A stretch of DNA of 63,679 nucleotides, the filler included, from Lenisia limosa (taxonomy: Eukaryota > Protista > Breviatea), in NCBI GenBank assembly GCA_001655205.1. It is 11 parts of 11 records of this genome, joined end to end, with 100 filler letters (N's around TTAATTAATTAA, not from the genome) between each part and the next. Parts side by side here need not be neighbours in the genome. Positions count along the whole stretch, not along the records: positions 1 to 18,336 come from LPNZ01010437.1; 10 more parts are not named here. The stretch is one strand, 5' to 3'. Below the pieces are notes generated by a model. That model was not told where the DNA came from. It did no database searches and worked only from the letters and a program-made list of their open reading frames with translations. The position numbers and the translations under genes are program-made. Shown piece after piece: positions 1 through 12,671 of this stretch; position 1 is the first letter of the stretch, and each line of letters opens with the position of its first letter.

Positions 1-392
1 ACTCATAAAGTTTAATTTTTGACAAAAGACATATATATTTGATAAATATTTTTTAATAAAATATTAATAAATATGACTTGTGTCTAACAGTTTGACTGGG
101 GGCTCTAGCCGCTAACAGCCGTTATGGCTAATAAAAATTTACTAGTGTTTTCTTAATTTATAAAATTATCAAACTTAAGTCTACATCTACAATTCTCTTC
201 AACACNNNNNNNNNNNNNNNNNNNNNNNNNNNNNNNNNNNNNNNNNNNNNNNNNNTACTTATAACTTAGACTGAAATTGATATCATAATTGTCGATTAGT
301 TGGTCTAAGTAGCCTTTGAATACAACTTTTTTCGTTGTACGTGCCACCCAAGATAGTTTTGGAGTCATCTTATCTTGCATAGGCGTTGTATA

Positions 393-904
393 ATGTTTGA
401 AAAGTGAGTTGCAGGGAAAAAAATCCATTTATTTGCTCTAGGTCTCTATTTGCCCTGCTTGTTCTTTTGCTTTGTTCGTTTTCACTTGGAGCCCTCGTTG
501 ATGATGAGAAGGTCAACGTATTCATGGTGGTTGAGTCACCAGAAAACAGAACCGGAGCAGTCTACCCCGTCACAGTCAACCAATTCATGCTACTCAAGGT
601 CGGGCAATCCAAAGTCTTGAAGAACTCGAAGGTGACCTTTGTTGTGGACGGCTTCAAGTCGGACCCCGTGGCATACCCCTTTCCTAACGACCCTTACACG
701 TTGGTGGTACAGGCAGATAAGGGCGAGGTGACAGGTATCTTCCTTGATGCGGCTTCTAATGACCTATCAACGTTCCCGAAGTGTCCTCTTGCGTCATGTA
801 AGCACATCTTCATGTCCTGGTTTGGAACAGATAAGGACGGCAAGTTCTTCACATCAGCACGGTTTTCGCCGTCACGCTATTCCTTGTCAAATGCTGAGAT
901 ATAG
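393..904 (+). CDS. Unknown protein with N-terminal signal peptide (secreted or membrane); may have extra 3' exons to ~1108
   Basis: ATG 393, 38-nt GT-AG intron 404-441, then an open exon giving MFEKSLFALLVLLLCSFSLGALVDD... with a hydrophobic h-region. No family recognised. Confidence 0.6.
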
Positions 905-1371
905 TTTGTATTTATTTCAACCGATGGGATTTTGCAGGTTACCTTTTTGTTTCCTTTCCTCAATGCCTAGTTTTTGATTTCTGCAGTTCTACTTTAGAGG
1001 GCTACCTGACTAGTATGTTTGTAGGGAATAGGAACGGGAGTTGTATGGCTGGGTCATTTGTGGAGTAATGGTGTTACGGTACGGAAAGACGATGAAATAT
1101 TCTAATTTGTATTTTTGAACAAGAAAATATATGAAGTCAAACCTACGGTAACAATCATCTTGTATGCTACAATGATATTTTATTGCATGATTATCGATAT
1201 GCGCACAGCCATATATCATTCATCTAATATAGTATTTAGTACGTTAAACCGATTTTTTTTTTATGCTACCCAATGGATGACAGGAGAGTGAAGTCTAAAG
1301 GAAATTCTAAATAAATTACATTGTACAACCGTCCGCTCAACAAAACATGAAAAAATAAAGTAGAAATAGAT

Positions 1372-2510
1372 CTATGAAGAAGCTGTGCCCTTGATGATTT
1401 TCGCGTATTTCTCATCAAGACACTTCATACTAAACAGTAAGGGGGCGAAAGATAGCTTCATGTCAACATCAAGCCAGGAGGGAACACCAATCAAAAAAAC
1501 AAAAAAAAAACAAGAGGGAACAACAATCATGAGCCAACCCACCCTATGGTCACAAACTCCTCCTGGGTCGCAGAAACGGGAAGTTCGGGGATGTCTTTCA
1601 CTCCGACTGTCATCAAGGCTAGATGGATCACTTTGAGAACCGTGCCGCACATATGAAAATACCTCCCAGGGGGGGGGGGGGNNNNNNNNNNNNNNNNNNN
1701 NNNNNNNNNNNNNNNNNNNNNNNNNNNNNNNNNNNNNNNNNNNNNNNNNNNNNNNNNNNNNNNNNNNNNNNNNNNNNNNNNNNNNNNNNNNCAAGATTGA
1801 TTAAAACCAGGGAGGAAATAAATGAAGATCCAGGGTACAAATGAGTAGAGTGTGTGGGAGAGGGGGGGTATGGAAAATGGGCAGGATATGAGGAGGGGTC
1901 GTGTGATGCATTGTGGAGATGATGCATGTAACTTTCACGTCCGAAAAATCATCAAACTTACAGAAAATTACCATGAAAAGCCTGTGTAGATTCACAGCAA
2001 ACAACCAAACAACAGACAAACTCCTCACTGCCTGTCTAGGTGCTACTTTGACCAAACATGAAACCCTTAGACACACCGCTATAGCTGCCTTATATCACCA
2101 TTTTACCCTCTTATACGGCAATTCCGATAACATAAAAAAAAAACACCGAAAAGTCATCCAACCATTCTTAAGCTGCGCTGCGTTTAGAGACTTCACATTA
2201 GCTTTGTCAAATGTTGTGAAAACTCCGATCAAATCCTCTTCATTGAAAAGAGATACCGACTAAAGGGTCATGATACAATGTTGATGTGAACAAACCTTCG
2301 GAGATGAGCGTGCAGCAAGCATTGTGTTGACTTCTTTAATCAAAAATTGGACGGGATCATTGGTTTTGGAGAGGGAGAGTTTTGTGGTTAAATCCTGAGG
2401 TTGATTAGCATAAATTGTTCGTTCTATAGCCTTGACAGTACCTCAAAGAGCTCCAAGACGTGTTTTTCCACAAGATAGTCGTGGGCTTCTCTTATCATTT
2501 CTTCGGACAT
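1372..2510 (-). CDS. EFCAB10: EF-hand protein with N-terminal RIIa-like docking domain, EFCAB10-like (cilia-associated)
   Basis: Spliced: MSEEMIREAHDYLVEKHVLELFE|DLTTKLSLSKTNDPVQFLIKEV...PK|SVSLFNEEDLIGVFTTFDKANVKSLNAAQLKN|ALMTVGVKDIPELPVSATQEEFVTIG|MKCLDEKYAKIIKGTASS*. All junctions GT-AG and in frame. Confidence 0.7.
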
Positions 2511-2649
2511 TCTGAATGGCTTCTATGGGAGCAATATGTTTAACAAACCCTATTTTTATATCCAAAAAGCGAAAAAAAAAGATTGTTTTTTTGTTTTAAA
2601 TACTGCGCCGCCGAAATGTCTTACAAGCAAAAAAACAAAAAAAAACTTA

Positions 2650-3615
2650 CCTCCTTTCTTGTTCATCCCATTTAATTGACAGAAATCACACATTAATTAT
2701 AAAAGTGGGATTAAGATTTCCCAAATTTCGATTTTCAGTTGATCCCACCTGCTCTTTCCACCACCATGAAGAGAGACACGGTGAAAGTCGTCCTCGGCAA
2801 CGAAACTAACTCCCCAGTCTCCATTGTGGCTGATGTTCTGACTTTGTACGCAATTGCTGACGAGAACCGCAATCCCCCCTTCTTCTCAGGTTTGCTATTC
2901 CCTTCTTCAAGGTTGCTCCTTTCTCAAGTTGTTGGTATATAACTGGAAAGGTGTGTACTTTGTATATGCTGTGTAGTTCTCTCAGATTTGATGAGGATAG
3001 ATGGAATGGGTTGTTTTGAGACCGATCTTGGCTGGAAAACAATTATTTGTTTAGAGCACGAAACTACATTAAAATCTGGGATGCGAAATAAAACATAATA
3101 TCTAGCAATGAGAAATATAAAATAAGGTTGTANNNNNNNNNNNNNNNNNNNNNNNNNNNNNNNNNNNNNNNNNNNNNNNNNNNNNNNNNNNNNNNNNNNN
3201 NNNNNNNNNNNNTAGGGATTCCATAACTAAAGTAGACGGAGTTTTGGTTGCTTTAGCTAACTATATAGAGGTCAATTTTGAGGATGATGATCTGGGACAA
3301 ACGAAATGCCTGTACGTATCACCTCGGTAGGCTGATTGTATTTCAGTTTTTAAATGTATATCAGAAATGATATACGCTATATACGTTTTATGGCATTTAA
3401 AATCTTTATTTATCATATATAATTATGAACATTCTCTATATTAATATGAGTTGTAGGGTCTTGACCTATTTTTCTGAAGGGAAATTAAAAGCGGTCAAGG
3501 CTTACCACAATCACCTTTTCTTCTAATACTTGTTCTTCTTGTATCCAACGTCTGACTGTGTTAGAGCCGCGCTGATGATGACAGCCGGGCACACGGAATG
3601 GAAAGTGCACAGTGA
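2650..3615 (-). CDS. Multi-exon gene of unknown product (model incomplete)
   Basis: Exon-like segments with splice-like boundaries: ...FPFRVPGCHHQRGSNTVRRWIQEEQVLEEK, LAKATKTPSTLVMESL, EEGGLRFSSAIAYKVRTSATMETGELVSLPRTTF. Not joined with certainty. Confidence 0.35.
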
Positions 3616-3655
3616 TGGATTCGTGGGGGGGGGGGTAACTGTATTGTATAATATT

Positions 3656-3785
3656 GAGGGCTCCGTGCAATTAATTTTTTGAGGAAATTAATGACAAAAT
3701 TTGAAATTAAATTTTCTGGAATAGGGTTCTCGTTGTAATATGTTCGACTTCAAATTTTGAAATTAATTTTTTGCACGGAGCACAA
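3656..3785. mobile_element. hAT-like MITE, family 2, copy 1
   Basis: TIR core GCTCCGTGCAA...TTGCACGGAGC; flanks ataatatt/agaatatg (6/8 match); homologous to 6354-6458 in inverted orientation. Confidence 0.6.
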
Positions 3786-4016
3786 AGAATATGTCAGTAG
3801 CATCCTGGGGGATACGAATCATCTTCTTAAAATACTTGAATCTGATTGGTGAGTAACTTTAAAGTTATATCACATTGTATATATGATGCATATACTCGGA
3901 GAGTATTATACTACGTGGGTATTTACTTCAGAAGAGTAAATTAGTATCAGTTAACATGCGCATGATATAACCTCGGGATGCGAACTAACGACTATAGGTG
4001 GCCATTGCCTCAGTCA

Positions 4017-6228
4017 TGGATGTTGCTGTTGAAGAAGACGGAGCAGATACAACGCCAGAAGCTGAAGATTTCTCAAGTCAGGAACTAGAGGTGAGTAGAG
4101 TTGATTTTCTGGAATTTATTTTGCACAAAAACTCTTCTTTATTATCCGATAATTGTTATCCCACTTCTTGATCTTCTGATACTTCTTGCTCGTGGCTATA
4201 CCTCCCCCCTCAACCCTTGTGTGCTGTCAGCCAACAGAGTTGATTTGGGTTTTTTTTGTTACATACTATTTGCAATTATACCCCCCCCCCCAGAAAATCA
4301 AAGAGTCCATGGCGGATTCTGCCGTTCGACAGAAAGATGCTGAATTTATGGACAAGCTTGCAGGCGTTGTCTTGAAAATCGATGTGCGTTTGATGGGGTT
4401 GATGAGGATGGGGGGGGGGGTCCAAGTCGCAGCCATATTACTTGGGCTTCCCTGGGTCCGAAAAAGCCCGTTTAAATGGATTTATCGGGATATTCGGTCT
4501 TTTTTGGGACCGTAAGGAAGCCCTACAGTTACTCTCCATGTGCCGTCATTGTACTTTCCCTCATGTCCAAGGGGGAAGAAATGACTGGCCACGCGCTCAT
4601 TGCCGATAGCCCCAATGACCTCAAAGCCATTTACAACGCTCAAGCCGTGAAGAAGGTTGAGTGGAAAAATCAAGAAATACTCTTCTTCGTTTTCCTCGCG
4701 TTGTTACTCGTTTTCACATGGTATATTTAACACCTTACTTCACCAGGTTTTCTCCCCTGCTCTTATGGCCTTTGTTTTAGCCTCAGAAGAAGAAGAGGAG
4801 ATCCTGCCTACTTGTGGGGGGGGGGGGNNNNNNNNNNNNNNNNNNNNNNNNNNNNNNNNNNNNNNNNNNNNNNNNNNNNNNNNNNNNNNNNNNNNNNNNN
4901 NNNNNNNNNNNNNNNNNCCGACTTTCAATATGTTGGCTCACAATATGACCGACGTTTGAGATCAAACAATGGTTTTAACGTAATATCAGATGATGGGTAG
5001 TAGACGCTCACTCTTTAGACATTGCTGATATTCTGAGCTTCGACCGTAAGCTCGAAAAAGGTTTGTTGATTCACCAGATACTAGATAGGGATTCTGACAT
5101 CCTTTAAAATGGTGCAGAAATAGTTCATATCTCCAATAAATCCTTAATGCTTAGTTTCTCAGCGTAACATTGATCATATTATGGTACTGCTTCAATGAGA
5201 TTGGTAAATGAAAGAAGGCACTTGAATTTTCCCTTACTGACTTGGTAAAGAGGACGAAGGAGAGGGACGCAAAGCGGTCATTGACAAGCTCTTCAACTCT
5301 AAAATGAACATCATTAAGATGATGAAGGAAATGCACGAGACCTACGTTGAGACTGCAGCAAGGAAGGCAGAAGCAAAGAAAGCAAGAGTGGGAGGGGGGC
5401 AGAAGATAATGGAGTAAAAAGGTGGCGTCAACCGACAATTCCCCCCCCCCCCATTTTTGAGCTTTTTATGATTAAAATGTTTTTTGTTTTGTTTTACTAT
5501 AGTTTTTTGCATACAGACATACGTTTACATATTTAATGAAACAGGCAATTGAAGTTGAAAAGAAGAGCAACGCTCAAATTGATGAGGAGTGGGAAGATAT
5601 GGAGGAGATAAAGCCAAGCAGAAAGCGGAATAATAGGAAGAAGAAGACGAGTGAGAAAAAGGTCGTAGAAAAGAAGGAGGAGAAAAAGGAGGAGAAAAAG
5701 CAGGAAAAGAAATTAGAGAAGGTCGAAGAAAAGAAGGAAGAGAAAAAGGAGGAGAAAAAGGAGGAAAAGAAATTAGAGAAGGTCGAAGAAAAGAAGGAAG
5801 AGAAAAAGGAAGGAGGAACGAAGAGGAGAAGTAAGAAGAAGAATACTGCTCAAGTTGGTGGGGTGTTTCATCCTGGACTTACCAAATCTCGATAAAATAC
5901 CAATTTTTGACGAATGTCTACTATGTAAAGTAATACGAGTGACCATAATATAGAGATGCCTATTCCAGTGTTTACTGACTTTTATAGAAGGACGAGCTTG
6001 AGGCCCAAAAACGCGATATTGCCAAGAAGATCGCTGAGCAGGAGGCGCTTCTTATGGCTATGAAGTGGGGGGGGGGGCTTTTATGGCTTTATAGTATTGA
6101 TTTAGGCGCACTAGCTACATTGCTCAGGACTATCTGTACTAACATATTATTGAGGCGATCCCCTTTATCTTCGCTCACTTCTCAGGTCTGAAATGGAGTC
6201 AATGAACGATAAGCTATCCGCAATATAA
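4017..6228 (+). CDS. Unknown charged/coiled-coil protein with Lys/Glu low-complexity (EKKEE) repeat
   Basis: About 11 exons with GT-AG ends (MDVAVEEDGAD..., KIKESMADSAVRQ..., GEEMTGHALIAD..., the EKKEE exon at ~5545-5850, KDELEAQKRDIAKK..., SEMESMNDKLSAI* TAA 6226-6228). One exon boundary lies in an N gap. Confidence 0.6.
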
Positions 6229-6353
6229 GTCCCCCCCCCCCTGAGTTAAAGGAGCCCCAGGTTGAATCGCTTATAGGCTCGCTATGGTGGAATATAGTTT
6301 TTTTCTGTGGTTGAGAGGTAATCCGATGTTAACCAGTTGAAATGTTATATTAT

Positions 6354-6458
6354 TAGTGCTCTGTGTAATTAATTGATATTATAACGTGAACCCTATTCCA
6401 GAAAAATTTTTAAATGTTGTAAATTAATTTCCTCAAAAATAAATTGCACAGAGCCCTG
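6354..6458. mobile_element. hAT-like MITE, family 2, copy 2
   Basis: TAGTGCTCTGTGTAA...TTGCACAGAGCCCTG; flanks tatattat/cctattat (6/8). Confidence 0.6.
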
Positions 6459-6619
6459 CCTATTATGCGATGTGGGGGGAGGGGGGTACACAGTTTCTTC
6501 CACTGTATAGACGAGACATGGGATAAGCCCAAAGCCGAATAGAATATCGCACCTCTGCAATTCAAACAACATAAATACTCCAAGGAGCTAGGATTGCACT
6601 GTTCTTACACAGATTGTAA

Positions 6620-9600
6620 CAGGAGAATGGGGTTCAGAATTACTCGTTTTTCGCTCCAATCATCATCAGATGCTGAATTGCGGTTTCTTCTTCATCACCT
6701 TGGTTGTCTTCAATGTACTGAAAGGTCAAATACTATGAATGGTGATACGGTGCACTCCTTGAACGTATGGTATATAACTAAAAGACAACATTTCAACCCA
6801 AAGCCAGGTATGTGGTATTGGAGAAATGGGAGAGGCTTTCCTGGCCTTGTAAATAAGTTTGTCATCTTCATCGAAATGAAAGGAATAGTTCCCCTTGTAC
6901 CAGTGTAATGGAGGAAACGTACTGGAACTTGACAAATCTGAGGGGGATCAAGGCGCCCTCTTTGATGTCTTCGGGACCAAGGCTCAGAACCTGGCAGAGT
7001 AAGATTGGACATTATTTTAACATATCCACCAGTGACATGATCATATGAACGACTTTCGAGTCGAAGTGATGAACGAAGATTTCATCCCGAGTGTATCAGA
7101 GTATCATTGAGACTTGTCGATTTATTATCACACGAGTGGATATGAGGTATCATATCACTGCGTGGAAAATGATAGTTCACACGTGTGAAAATGATCCAAT
7201 TAGTTAAGTGAAACAAAACACAATTTAAATCTGCTCTGTTGTCTGGCAAAAACATTTACTCAATACACGAGGATTGAAAACAGCAGAACAAACAAAGCCC
7301 AAGCCAATCGCTCAGACCCCCTCCAACCTGAACCGGTTTCTCAGCCTCGGCAGAGTCGAAGTCCATATGCGGCATGTCTAAGAAGAGCTTAACCTACGAC
7401 ATGAAGGATTATTTGCAAATGTCTTGCTATCAGTGAATATTAGGGTTAGGGCTTGTAAGCGGTCTGACCGTGAAAGTATGATATTTATCAGGATTTATCG
7501 AGATATCTGTCTTTTTAGATCGTAGAGAAGTCCAATTATAATTTTTTACTCACCCCTTTTCTGGACATCCACAAATATCAAAAAATAAGCCAGAAATGAA
7601 GGTATTATGCAGCCTGTGCAATCAGCTTCTTATCATAAACGGATGGTATTTTGTAACCTTAAAAGGAAGGCAACTGGTGCATACGGTTTTTGGTGCTCTT
7701 CCATCGGAGGGTGCGGTCATCATCAATGAATGGAGCTTCACCTTCGAAGTCAGAGATGTCCAATGAATCAATTGTCCAATGGACCAATAAATGTCCAATG
7801 AATCAAAAAATGTCCAATGAATCAATAAATGTCCAATGTATCAAAAAATGTCCAATGAGTCAATAAATGTCCAATGGACCAATAAATGTCCAATGGACCA
7901 ATAAATTTCCTGTATTATATTATATATGCTACATACATACATAGTATATGATATACTACACTATATACTGTATATACACTAATATATATATATACTACAT
8001 AGTAATTAAAATGATGCATACACTATGATAATAAACTAGTAGTGTCATCATACAAGTGTTATGGTATAAAGCGGGGGGAGGGGAGGGGAGTAGCATTTTT
8101 AATCTTTGAAACCCTGAATTGNNNNNNNNNNNNNNNNNNNNNNNNNNNNNNNNNNNNNNNNNNNNNNNNNNNNNNNNNNNNNNNNNNNNNNNNNNNNNNN
8201 NNNNNNNNNNNNNNNNNNNNNNNNNNNNNNNNNNNNNNNNNNNNNNNNNNNNNNNNNNNNNNNNNNNNNNNNNNNNNNNNNNNNNNNNNNNNNNNNNNNN
8301 NNNNNNNNNNNNNNNNNNNNNNNNNNNNNNNNNNNNNNNNNNNNNNNNNNNNNNNNNNNNNNNNNNNNNNNNNNNNNNNNNNNNNNNNNNNNNNNNNNNN
8401 NNNNNNNNNNNNNNNNNNNNAATATCGATATTTATCATGGATTTATCAGACATTCAGTCTTTTTTTAAGAGATGTGTAACAAAATTGAGAGCATAGCTGC
8501 GTGTGAAAGTTACTATTTTCAATATGATAGTGCGGAGGGGTATTTTTCAAGGAAAGAAAGGGTTTTCTGTCGGTGTGCGAGGAGGATATATGTGGGGAGA
8601 AGTCAAGACGTGAAGCGAACCTGGGGACTGAGTAAAGAGGTTCTTGAAGGTGCCTTCAGTCTCGTTGAGGCATGAAGTCTGAGTCATGTTGATGGCTTCC
8701 TTCAGATCAGCCTTGATGGTTAATAGTGTCCAATAAGGACGAGCAACTGCAAAAGATAGGTCATTATTCCTCCGTCCCTTGCAACAGTCTATTGCGTGTG
8801 CTTAAAAACAATAATATATGGTCTCAGGAAGATCAGCGCTCCCCCCTTTTTCTCTGTATTTATCCGTGTCCTCTCTCTGATGTCCAATTCAAATCGCCCA
8901 TGAGCTCTACTCCAAAACACAGCTGTCTCTCACCCCGGCCAGCCTACAAAAGGGGTGTTTTCGAGTGCAAACTTAGGAGCTGCGTCGACCTCATCAACGA
9001 GGCTTTTCTGATGTTCTTCCACTTTAGACTGGGAGGGGTATGTAATGAGGAGAAGAATATTGGCGTAAAGGTACTAATCACGAACCGAATAATCTGAAAT
9101 TCCAAAAAAAAAAAACAAGCAATAAAAACATGAGCAATCAACGCTAAAACTACACAAAAGCCANNNNNNNNNNNNNNNNNNNNNNNNNNNNNNNNNNNNN
9201 NNNNNNNNNNNNNNNNNNNNNNNNNNNNNNNNNNNNNNNNNNNNNNNNNNNNNNNNNNNNNNNNNNNNNNNNNNNNNNNNNNNNAGGTAATAATATCCAA
9301 CCAAATAATCTGAAATTCCAAAACACACAACCAAAGCCTTACCTTCAGTGCACCCGCATTTGCACCCTTGAATTCATCTAGGGTGTTTAGCAAAAGAAAT
9401 GAAAAACAAAAAAAGTTTTCAGGCTGAAGCCGCCCTAAGGTACATCATATTACCTCAATATTCCCTCTTCCCCTATACCCCCTATTTCCACAATCCCAAG
9501 CACCTATTTTCTGACCATTCTTATAGAACTGGAACGTAGGCATTGAGCGAACGCCTGCCTGAAAGCAAATTAGGAAACTCTTGACTAGATCATCAAAACC

Positions 9601-10017
9601 GATAAACAAACTGTTTTATCGGACGCCAGGTGCAATATACGAAGAATGAAATCACTTCCAAACTACGGATACTTATAACATGCTTACACTTTTTACCCAG
9701 GTTTTGTTTATTCTGAAGCACCCACCTTCTCTGCGGCAGCTTGGAGTTTGTCAACATCACACTTAATGAAGAGTGACTGTGGGTTCTGTGCCGCTATTTG
9801 AGCAAAAAGAGGCCCAATCTGCAGAGATAGGTGAGTTCATTATTTGAGAGGAGGCTACCGTTTTGCAAGGGCCACACCATGTCGCGAACCAGTCAATAAC
9901 AACCAATTTTGACCCTGCATTGGCCAAAACTAAGATATAAGAGGGGATATGACAATTCACAAAATTCTTACATTCCTCAAATTGCGGAACTGTCTCTGGG
10001 GCTTTTAAGTTTTCCAT
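6620..10017 (-). CDS. TXNL1: Thioredoxin-like protein 1 (thioredoxin + PITH domain)
   Basis: Trx domain VVIDWFATWCGPCKT, GVRSMPTFQFYKNGQKI, DEFKGANAGALK. PITH domain ADLKEAINMTQTSCLNE, KVKLHSLMMTAPSDGRAPKT, VKLFLDMPHMDFDSAEAEKPVQ, IPLRFVKFQYVSSITL, YIEDNQGDEEETAIQHLMMIG. Last exon not resolved. Confidence 0.9.
7756..7906. repeat. Intronic minisatellite, ~19-bp unit (AATAAATGTCCAATGGACC-like), ~8 copies
   Basis: Tandem copies directly visible inside a TXNL1 intron. Confidence 0.9.
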
Positions 10018-10402
10018 TGCAGGAGAAGAAATAAAGAAAAAATAGGCAAAGTTGCAAACCATAAAAATATATTTATCGACAAATGTCGAAAGTTTTCGAG
10101 ATTGGCTATCTGTCATTTTTTATTTATGTTTTGACGCGGGTTTTCTGGGTTTGCACTGTGTAATATTGTGTATATTTAATGATTGATTGTGAAGCAACAA
10201 ATTGAGCTTTAAACTGAGATCTCTATTTTCTGTTATCGTATATTTTCCTTCTTTTCTGGGAGCATACGTGTCTTCTGATTGCAATTGATCCTTATTCACT
10301 TTGAAACTGTAAGGATGTAATAAAGTAGAGGCATGAATTGATTGTAGTTTCTCCTAAGACCATTTCCACATAACAATTCAAAAGGACTCTTACCGAATCC
10401 AG

Positions 10403-12398
10403 ATGAGCAAGGCCTTATCCTCCGACGTCGCCCCGGAGAAGATCAATGAGCATCTTACTATTGAAGAGCGAATGAAGCTTCTTAATATTACACAGCAAGG
10501 CTGGGATCGCCCTGACGATGTGTTGCCAGGTGAGGAATGCTACAATCCGTTTCATACAGAATTCCGAACACAGGGCTACTCTCAGCTTCCAGATGAAGAA
10601 CAAATGAAGATCATCATTTTGGACTTTTTGATTTCGGAGGGTTTTGACAAGATCGCAAAACAGTTTCAGAAAGAAAGCAAAGTGAATCGTGGGTGAACAG
10701 GAGTAGCAGAGATTCTTTGCTTTGTCTCCATTCACCAATATTTAGCATTTTATTTTGACGAAGACACAATATCTATGCGACTGAGTGTGAGGAAATCTCT
10801 TCTGGCGGGCGATATTTGGCCAGCTATGGTTGAAATCATTGATTGGGACTTCACAGTGGGGGGGGGGGACAAAGCTGCGCCAACTTACATATTACACTTT
10901 ATCTTCATTTGACTTGTGCAGGTTTTAGATCTCGATTTCACTGTGTTCTTCCTACTTCAGGTGAGGAAAACTCCAATACAGTGGAGCAATGTATTTGAAT
11001 AGATCCATGGTGAATACTGCTGGAACACTTGAATTAAAATAGAATTCCCTTTCATTCTCTCTGAAAACTCATATATTACATCCTTTTAAGGCTATCAATT
11101 ACCTGTTTGTTTCACTGGAGTTTCAATTCTCTACGACAAAATCTTGATCAGCATCAATAGTTTACTTAGAACTGAAAGCGAAGCTCTCAGTTTACTTCCT
11201 TAGAAACAGCGGCTCATTGAAATCATTCGATCGGGCAGTTCCGAAGACGCTCTCAAGTTCTCCAGTGAATATGTGGCACCTCTCAGTGTTGAACATGTGG
11301 GTGGAACGGGGTGACAGAAAGAAGTTGCAGATAATCGTGCTGTCTTAGAAGGGTGACAGCCCTCCTACCTTTTTTTAAAAAAACAATTCAGTTCCAATAT
11401 CTTACACCCAGTTACAAGTATTATTCCCAGTTACAATTACAATCTGCTAATACTCACAATTCAGCCCGAATTTGTCGAAGACATCGAAGACGTTATGATG
11501 CTTCTCGCCTACCCCAATCCAAAAGACTCCCCAACAGCCTATCTTCTTGAGCAGGGACACAGGTGGGAGCTTTGAGGGGGACCTGAAGTCATTGTCATAG
11601 TGTCGACCAATAGCCCCATACAAAAACATTCCTCAGTATGACTAAAAGTACCCCTCCTCCTAAAAACAGGTCAAAGCCGTCGCTTTCGCTCCTATTTTGA
11701 CCTATTTTTTTTAGGGGGTCGCGTAATGTTAGGTGTACTGAGGAATGTTATTCTTTCCTATTCCATACCTATGCGTCCCACCACCGGTTTTGGTGACACA
11801 TAGGAAGTGACATAAAATTTTTTAGTTTTTATTAAAAAAGTTGTCTGAACGAAATGAAGCCCTAATTGGTTTTCGTCTTACGATCTAGAGTAATGGTCTA
11901 TCAACGAGTCAACAGCATGATTCTAGACAATCTTGCACATGACCAAGGTAGGGATATTGCTGATGGTCGAAACGTGTTCTTTAGAAAACAAGCAGGTACT
12001 CAAAACAGATTATATGTTCAGTGACCAGAATAAATCTTGACCGAAATGTCAGGGTTTTGTTTATAGCACTATTAATGTCATTTATTTTGCAACAAAAGAT
12101 GGTAGCTACTTTTACTCAAATGTGTTTTTCAAAACTGTTTTCCTATTGCGGATTATTTAGTGAATGAGTTCACCAAATTCATCAAAATTGACGTATTCTG
12201 GTGTTATACTCNNNNNNNNNNNNNNNNNNNNNNNNNNNNNNNNNNNNNNNNNNNNNNNNNNNNNNNNNNNNNNNNNNNNNNNNNNNNNNNNNNNNNNNNN
12301 NNNNNNAAGCAATGGGCCACGCAAAGAGCCTGCCCGTCATCACTGAGATTCTCAATGAACGAGTGAGCTGTGAAGAGACTAACAACTGCTATGCATAA
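10403..12398 (+). CDS. GID8: LisH-CTLH-CRA protein, GID8/TWA1-like (CTLH E3 ligase subunit)
   Basis: LisH IILDFLISEGFDKIAKQF; CTLH RLSVRKSLLAGDIWPAM; CRA KQRLIEIIRSGSSEDALKFSSEYVAP and EDIEDVMMLLAYPNPKDSP. One exon region is in an N gap. Confidence 0.75.
11625..11749. repeat. Fold-back (imperfect palindromic) element in a GID8 intron
   Basis: AACATTCCTCAGTA (11625-11638) pairs with TACTGAGGAATGTT (11736-11749); inner arms ...CTAAAAACAGGTCAAA / TTTGACCTATTTTTTTAG. Confidence 0.7.
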
Positions 12399-12671
12399 AC
12401 TATATCATAGTATGTAGTATTCCATATGATATGATTATATTATTATAATATACTACATGTAATTACGTCTATCATATGAATAATATATTACAGTAAATAC
12501 CAGATATAATACTACTGCAGTCTATCTTGGAATAAAAAAAAGAAACAATGGTAGCGTTCAAATTGTCATAATGTAACTTTCTCTCAATCTCACACATTAA
12601 CCCCCCCCCCAGATGGTTGAAGTCCGAGAAAGTTAAATAAAATACATTTCCAACCTACATACACACCACAA

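Noticed and set aside
1913-2263. 116-aa plus-strand ORF
   Set aside because: It is antisense to an EFCAB10 exon and intron, and no motif is recognisable.
7995-8496. ORF-track entries made mostly of X (also 45205-45630, 47131-47567, 57381-57792, etc.)
   Set aside because: They are artefacts of reading through N gaps.
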